DNA of 64,000 bases from Paraspadella gotoi (taxonomy: Eukaryota; Animalia; Chaetognatha), in assembly GCA_051294375.1 (NCBI GenBank), contig CM119269.1:17594265-17658264 (forward strand), written 5' to 3'. Shown in pieces: positions 57,226 to 64,000 of this stretch (position 1 is its first letter; every line of letters starts with the position of its first letter). Below the pieces are notes generated by a model. It did no database searches, had not been told where the DNA came from, and saw only the letters and a list, made by a program, of their open reading frames with translations. Made by a program: the position numbers and the translations under genes.

Positions 57226-58422
57226 TTGAATAACAAAACGACATGAAAAAATGAGAATGTCTAACTAAGTTATATTTTGATGAATTCATATTTTAAAAAA
57301 GTCCAGAGCCCAAGTTGGAAAATCGATACTCGACAGTTTAAGAATAACAAATAAACTTTTTTAAATGCGACAAGCAAAGGTTTCGACTATAAGTTATAAA
57401 AAAAATTTAAAGCGAATTCGTCAACAAAGAAATGAAAACGATTTCATTTTCGTCGTCATTGCCACAACATAGGCTCGTCTAGAGGAAGAGCTGAGAGAGG
57501 AGTCGAGGAGAGAGAGAGAGAGGAAGAAGAGAGAGAGAGAGAGAGAGAGAGAAGAAGAGATGGTGAGGAACGAAACAAACGAGAGGAAACAGAAGAGACA
57601 GAGAGATTGAAATTCGAAACGAAGATTGGAAAATACTTCATCGTCAAAAACGTTTCGGGGCGCGACTCGGGGGGGAGTGGTGAACGATGCCGATGGCGGG
57701 CCGGCGAGGCGCGGCGCGGCCGGCGGCGGCGGCGGCGCCGACGGAGGGGCTTTGTTCGCCGACGCCGCCTCCCTCTTCCATCAACTCGGACATTTTCTCT
57801 CGCTCCTTCATCTCACTCGTTTCCTTTCTCTTTCTCTTTCTCTTTCCTTTTTTCTCTTTTTTTCCCTTTTTTCTCTTTTTATTTTCTCTTTCTCTTTCTC
57901 TTTTTCTCTTTTTCTTTATTTTTTCTCTTTTTCTCTTTTCTTTTCTCTTTTTCTTTTTTCTTTTCTCTTCCTCTTTCCTCTTTCTCTTCCTTCCTCTTTC
58001 TCTTTCCTTCCTCTTTCTGCTCCAACCTCGTCATTCCCTCCCCGCAGCTTTTCATTTGTCTTCGATCACGTGACGCGTTGCCCGTCCCAGTGACTCGATC
58101 TGAGTCGTACAGAAAACTCTCCATCGTAGGCGAGTGGGCGTGGAGGAAACGCTTCCCCGCATTGCCAACACTTCAGACAGAGCAGTGAAAGCTTCACTCG
58201 TTCTGTGAACGATGGGCCGCGTTGTGATTTGAATTTAATCAAAAATATAACTCGTTCCGCTGCAGATACACAGCATTTTTGAGCCATATGCCGTGATCCC
58301 AATAAATTCTAACTTGGTATTGCAACCCATTTACACCCGGTATGTGTCTCGGAGTTCACGCGGCTTTTCCTCTCGGTTCGAAAACCAACGAAAAATCACT
58401 TCACGTTATCATCATTCACTGT

Positions 58423-58615
58423 CACCCACCCAAGACGCTCCCACTCTCTAACCCACCCGAGACCCTTCCACCCACTCTCCCACCCAAGACGTTCCCACTC
58501 GTTAACCCACCCAGGACCCTTCCACCAATTAACCCACCCAGGCTGCTCCCACCCGTTCACCCAACCAAGACGCTCCCACTCTCTAACCCACCCAAGACGC
58601 TTCCTCCCACTAGCC
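58423..58615. repeat. 27-bp minisatellite (acccacccaagacgctcccactctcta), ~7 copies
   Basis: Tandem units are visible and give a 9-aa PPKTLPLSN repeat in ORF 58342-58947. Confidence 0.85.
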
Positions 58616-58808
58616 CGCCCACCTCGACGTCAACGCCCTCCACCCACGAACTATCACTTCTTCTCTCCGCCCTCTTCCTCTTCTTCTTCCTCATCCCCGG
58701 ATTTTCCGCTCAACCCGCACCTCACCTCGCCTTACCTCCTCTCCAGCCCCAACTCTTTACTCTTTCCTTATTTTTTTTTTATTTTTTGCCGCATTTTTCC
58801 CTTCGCAT

Positions 58809-58884
58809 CTCGCGGTGGTTCCAAAAAGGTTCGGGTGACCCGGCGTGGGCGGGCACAACGCCGGTTCGAATCCGGGCTTCGGGT
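58809..58884 (+). pseudogene. Degenerate tRNA-His(GTG)-like sequence (tRNA pseudogene or SINE head)
   Basis: Perfect B-box/T-arm ccgg-TTCGAAT-ccgg, anticodon arm cccg-gcGTGgg-cggg, variable loop acaac, acceptor stem ctcgcgg/cttcggg (6 of 7 pairs including GU), weak A box and D arm. Confidence 0.4.
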
Positions 58885-61800
58885 CTAGACTGTGGACTTA
58901 ACCGGGTTAAACTGACTCTAATTGGTCGAGGCGTTTTAATTGGTTAATTGATACAGATTACAGAATACCGAGCCTGAGGAAAAATTGATTTATATCTGCG
59001 TGCTAGTTGCGAGCAAGGAGTACTCGAGAATAGGATATCATCCCGTCGCTTAAAAAAAGAAATGTTCAACTGCCACACGGTTTGGCCAGAGAATCTGCGC
59101 AACCCAGCCGGCCCATCCCTTTCCCAAACCGGGGAGAGAGTGACCCGAAATTACGACGTGCCATGATTGAAGGGAAAAGGCGGAGCTCAAATATTTTTCT
59201 AACTCTCTCTCCCTGCGACTGTCTCTGTCTCAAAAATGCGTTTCGGGTTTCATCCGGCGGTCGGAGCAGCGATAATAACTTTTCCGATGACGACGACGAC
59301 GACGACGACGATGACGACGACGACGACAACTAAATTATTATTCCTTGGGTGACTAAAACCGTGTCACTATTATCACCGGCGCCTTCCCCCGCCCCCCCCA
59401 TACTCAATCTACCGACCCTGACGCTAATGTCTCCGATCGGAAGGGAAATCGAATTATCAGTCATTTGCCATGGGAATGCCGCTCTCTTCTCTTCACGCTG
59501 TCTCTATCTCATATTTCACTCTATTCCTCTCTCCTCTCTGTCGATGGGGAGATGAGGTTGAGATAGCTGAAGTCTTTGCGGGTCAAAGGTCGCGACTCCG
59601 ACTGAGAAATTTGTTTTTTTCGTTGTCGTCGTTGTTGTCGTTGTCGTTCCTGCCCCTCCCATTTTTATATGAACGAGACTTTTTTATCTATTGATCATTC
59701 ATTCAAACTCTCAATTCTCATCGTTTTTAAATAATGAGCCCCAAACTTCCTAAAGGGTAATAGCTAAAATTCAAAAGCAAAGTCCGCCACGCATCGTACT
59801 TTCCTTCTTTTATAGAATATTATTGGCAAGACCAGCGTTTCGAACCTACTGTGAATTTAGTTTTTCTTTGCCAAGACAATATCCCCGAGAAAAAAAAAAA
59901 AGTTTCACGAAAAAACCAATTGTGGAATGTTCTAGAATGTTCGTCCACACAATCTCCAATTATCAAAAATTTGTTTGTATATAGTAGTTTTCTCGCCTTT
60001 CTAGATTTTCCAGTTTTTCTCTCGCTACATCATTAATTCTCTCGTTTCCGGCTCAACTAATTTCTCCCTGATGAGGAGGAGCCTTCGCGCAAACGAGTCG
60101 ATTCGATTCGAACCAGAGAATTGTACAACTCATGGTCTTCGGCCAGGACCAAAGAATGAAAAAGTAAATTGCCGAAATTAAAACAAAAAATTAAAGAAAA
60201 ATCTTGAATGGAAATGTACAGAAAATATGAAAATAAAAATGAAAGAAAATATAGGAACTAAACAATATTTTTAACGAAATAAGAAAAAACCGTAATGAAA
60301 TCCGAAAAGAGTACCTACGCGAGCCACAGAGAAAGACGAAAACAAAGACGAAGAGCAGAGACGAAGACAAGGACGAAGAACAAAGAGGAAGACGAGGGCC
60401 AAGCGGAGACGAAGAGAAGACAGGCGAAAGACGAAGACGAAGGGAAGACGAAGAAGAAGACAAGGACCAAGACGAAGGACGAAGGCGAAGACTGACATGA
60501 AAACGAGGCTTGAATGGAGAAACAATTGTTTCTTTTCTTCTCCCCACAGAGGATTTAGGGCGATGTAAAGAGGTTCGTGCCGCGATTCCGACAGGATGCT
60601 AACCCGATTCTAACCCGATCAACCTGTTTATAATCCTAAAGAAAAGTCATAACAATAGTAAAAGCAAAAAATAATAAAAAACAATAACAAATACAATGTA
60701 TTGAAGTGAGGTAAACCTGAAACCGAGTCAAGGTCGGTGAACTTGATCGTCGGATGTCGTTGTTGTCGCGTCGTTTGTCTTCGTTGTTATCATCGTTGCT
60801 TGTATGCTAACAAAGAAAAATTCTAATTACTTGAGGTTAGATATATTTTCGTCTTTTGTCAAAGTTATGCCTAATCGGAATTAAAAAAAAATTCAATCTT
60901 GTGAATTTTTCTCTCAGTTAATGAAATTTTTTTATCTTCTTTCTTCTTTCTTTTTTATTTCTTTCTTTCTTTCTTTCTTTCTTCTTTCTTTCTTTCTTCT
61001 TTTTCTTTTCTTTCTTTCTTTCCTTTTTTCTTTCTTTCTTTCTTTCTTTCTTTCTCTTTAGCAAAGAATCCCCCGAACGCGGGAGGCTACATTGCGATAA
61101 AATCTCTACTAGAAGCTCTCCGTGAGAGGAATGGTAAAAAGGAGTGGAGGATAGGATGAAGGAGAGGAGTGAGGATGAAGGAGAGAATGAAGAAGAGGAG
61201 TGATGAAAGGGATCGAAAGAGAAGGTGTGTCGAGATGCGGAGTGCCGGGGCAAAGGAGAATGAAGAAGAGTGAATGAGTGAATTATTCTACAGGGAAGAG
61301 ATCAAGGAAGGTGAAGACACGCGAGTCACTGACAATGCACAGACAGATCGAGTTTCACTGCCTCGTTCACTCACTGTTTTTAATAGAACAGTGATAATGT
61401 TGGAGAAATATGTTATGCAACAGCATAATGGAGAAAAAAGAGGCAAAATAAAAACTAAATGGCTTAATGGAATTTACAAAGAACAGGAAAACAACTCAGC
61501 GAATGCTTTAGGTTACCTCGAACTCGAGAAAAAAAACGACGCGGAAGCACGTCTTCGTGGTGCAGGGGATAGTTGAGGAAAAGAGGAGAGAAGAAAAACT
61601 TCGGTTCGGAGGTCCGAGGTGAGAGAAGTTGTAGAGGCGCTCCACCGGAAGCAAGAAGGGGAGAGAAGGGAGAGTCGAGAAACAAAGGGCCATTGGGCCG
61701 AGCGGGCCGTCTGGGGCGCGGAGCCCGCTCGGCCGCGTGGTTGGCGGGCGCGAGAAGCTCGCCGAATTTCCTCGCCCGAAATTCTCGCCCGCCGGGAGAA

Positions 61801-62046
61801 GCACACTTTTCTTCGATGTGAAGAAAATCGCTACATCGAAGATCGAGATTCGGAAAGGGAGAATAGGGAAGAGGGAAATCCGACTGCATTTTGTGTAATG
61901 TAGTGGAACTGCATTACGTGGAACAAAATGGAACATCGGTTTGGTTCTTTTTATGTTATGGCAGTACTACTGTAACGCGAAAAATTCGACAACATGATTC
62001 CTTCTAACCAGCTACTACCTTGCTACCGAACCCGGCTCAAATTAAC

Positions 62047-62102
<56 letters not shown>

Positions 62103-64000
62103 CGAGAGAGAGAGAGAGAGAAGAGGAGAAGAGAGAGAGAGAGAAAGAAGAGAGGAGAAAAAGAGAGAGAGAGAGAGAGAAAGGATTTATCGCATTTATC
62201 GATCGAATCAACTGTAAATTTGAGAGCGAGTTCGCCTTTGAAGTGCGATTGTAAAAGATCTGTGAATTTGTGATAAGTGAAATGGAATTACTCGAAGGAA
62301 CGACGGCGTGGATTTTATATCGTGAAATCTTCAACGGAGACTTTTTCCCGAAGAACAAGTTTGCCTAAAACTGTCGGCAGCTGAAGTAAAATGTATAGGA
62401 GATAATGCCATGTAAAAAAAGGCGGAATCTTATCTGAAATTCGTCGTAGAAAAACAAGAAGTATTAAATAATAGATAAACTGTTATTAATTTTTTTTAAA
62501 TCATATATCTAGATAAGTGAGAGTGTCTTAAATAATATTGTTAAGACTTAAGTCACAACATTCATAAACGAAAAAAAGGATCTGGTACAAAGAGAATCCA
62601 AGAGGCGACAGAAATGATAAAGTATAAATGAAATTAAAACTGACAAAACGACAAAGTGAAGTTTGAATTAAAAAAAAAAAGGGGGAGGAAAGATGAGAGG
62701 GAGTTCAAAGGAAAACCCGACTCCAAAAAAAGCGCGCGAGAAAAATGTTTTGATTAATGCGTCATTAGTTTTGAGAGGAGAAAAAAAAGGGTAAAAACGA
62801 AAAAGGAGAATCAGTTTTTGGAAAATAAAAACAGGCGGCCCCGTCGGAAGATGACGAAAACAACCGATTTTCATTTTGGTTTCGAACTCGAAATAAAATA
62901 TGCGGAGGTGGAGATCTCTGTATGAAGAAACAAAATATGGGGCAAGATATGAAATAGATGAATTTTTAATGCCAATATTTTTGGGACGAGCATCACCTTT
63001 GAGGGATTATGTTTGTGATTTATTTATACTTAACGTTGAATCCTAAATATATTGTGTTAATAATCAATCTTTATATGACACGATTTACTAATCGGTCAAT
63101 CAGTTGCTGGTTCAAAGTGAAATGTCTAAATTTAGTTATTTGATTATTTTGTCTTGATGAATAAAACTTAAATCGGATGAACTACTTGTCATAAAGTTTT
63201 CTGGAAAATCGTCAAACCAGCCAGTGTATCCACAATTTTAAACGCGAAAAAAAATTAAACTGAAAACAAATCTCACTTACTTAAAAACTTTTAGGTATTT
63301 ATAAAAAAAATCGTTGTTTTATGATATACAGATAAGTAACGCAAATTATTTTCAAAGTGCTAACTTAACTTAACCTTTCAAAACCAAACTTATGATCAAA
63401 TCTGTCGCGAATCCAGACCAAGGCTTAACCCCAAAAAACTTACTATCACCCAAATAACAGCTTTTTTTAGTTAAATAGTTATAATAATATTTTATTTGAA
63501 GTATCCTGGCGCCGGAAGCGAAAAAAAACAAAAAAACCAAAAACAAACCAAAAAATTTGGTCGCGAATTAGACCTTTTCTCTTTGGAGATTTTCTCACAC
63601 TTTCGCCTCAAAACGAAAAAGAAACTAAAAAAAACGAAAATAATCATTTTGGGCCAAAATATTATTTTCTCCGAATTCTGAAACTGGCAACGCGAGGGTT
63701 TGATCGACGGCTTGGGAAGTCACATACCACTGTGGAAGGTGCCGAAGAGTAGAGACTTAAGAGGAGAACTGTGGAGCGATTAAAGAGAAATGAAAAAAGA
63801 AAAAATACAACTATATAGTCTATAACTTAGAGACTGAAAAAAAAAAGAAGAAAGAAATAAAGAAAGAAGACGAAGATATAAGATATAAGGAAAAGAACGA
63901 TATAAAGATAGAAAAAAAAAACGAAAGAAAGAAGAAAAAAGATATAGGAAAGAACGATAGAAAGAAAGAAAAAGAAAGAAAGCGAGCAACCAGACAAAAA

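Noticed and set aside
57607-58188. Phe/Ser/Leu-rich 'membrane protein' ORFs
   Set aside because: Derived from a polypyrimidine low-complexity tract.
60068-60110. CTGATGAG hammerhead-like core
   Set aside because: No stem II followed by GAAA, and no flanking stems.
60295-60547. Charged or hydrophobic ORFs
   Set aside because: Degenerate (GACGAA)n repeat.

Overview
Eukaryotic (animal, probably non-ecdysozoan invertebrate) genomic DNA: AT-rich introns and intergenic DNA, GC-rich exons, GT-AG introns and dense (AG)n microsatellites. Five spliced genes can be reconstructed, all on the minus strand: a signal-peptide LRR single-pass membrane protein without a TIR domain (two tandem copies, the second full of indels), a DUF229 protein, an SLC35G/EamA-type transporter, an LNX1/2-type RING + 4 PDZ E3 ligase, and an MRP/ABCC transporter whose 3.8-kb core is intronless but frameshifted. 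The first 24 kb contains a ~7-kb tandem duplication and a forward/inverted/forward triplication around a 25-N gap, most likely long-read gap-filling artefacts. I found no clearly novel multi-gene system. The best leads are an exact 27-bp palindrome-containing motif in introns of three unrelated genes, the retrogene-like ABCC with a 10-bp triplication that creates an overlapping stop/start, a degenerate tRNA-His-like element, and two GC-rich hairpin islands. Splice sites were placed by eye and need RNA-seq confirmation.
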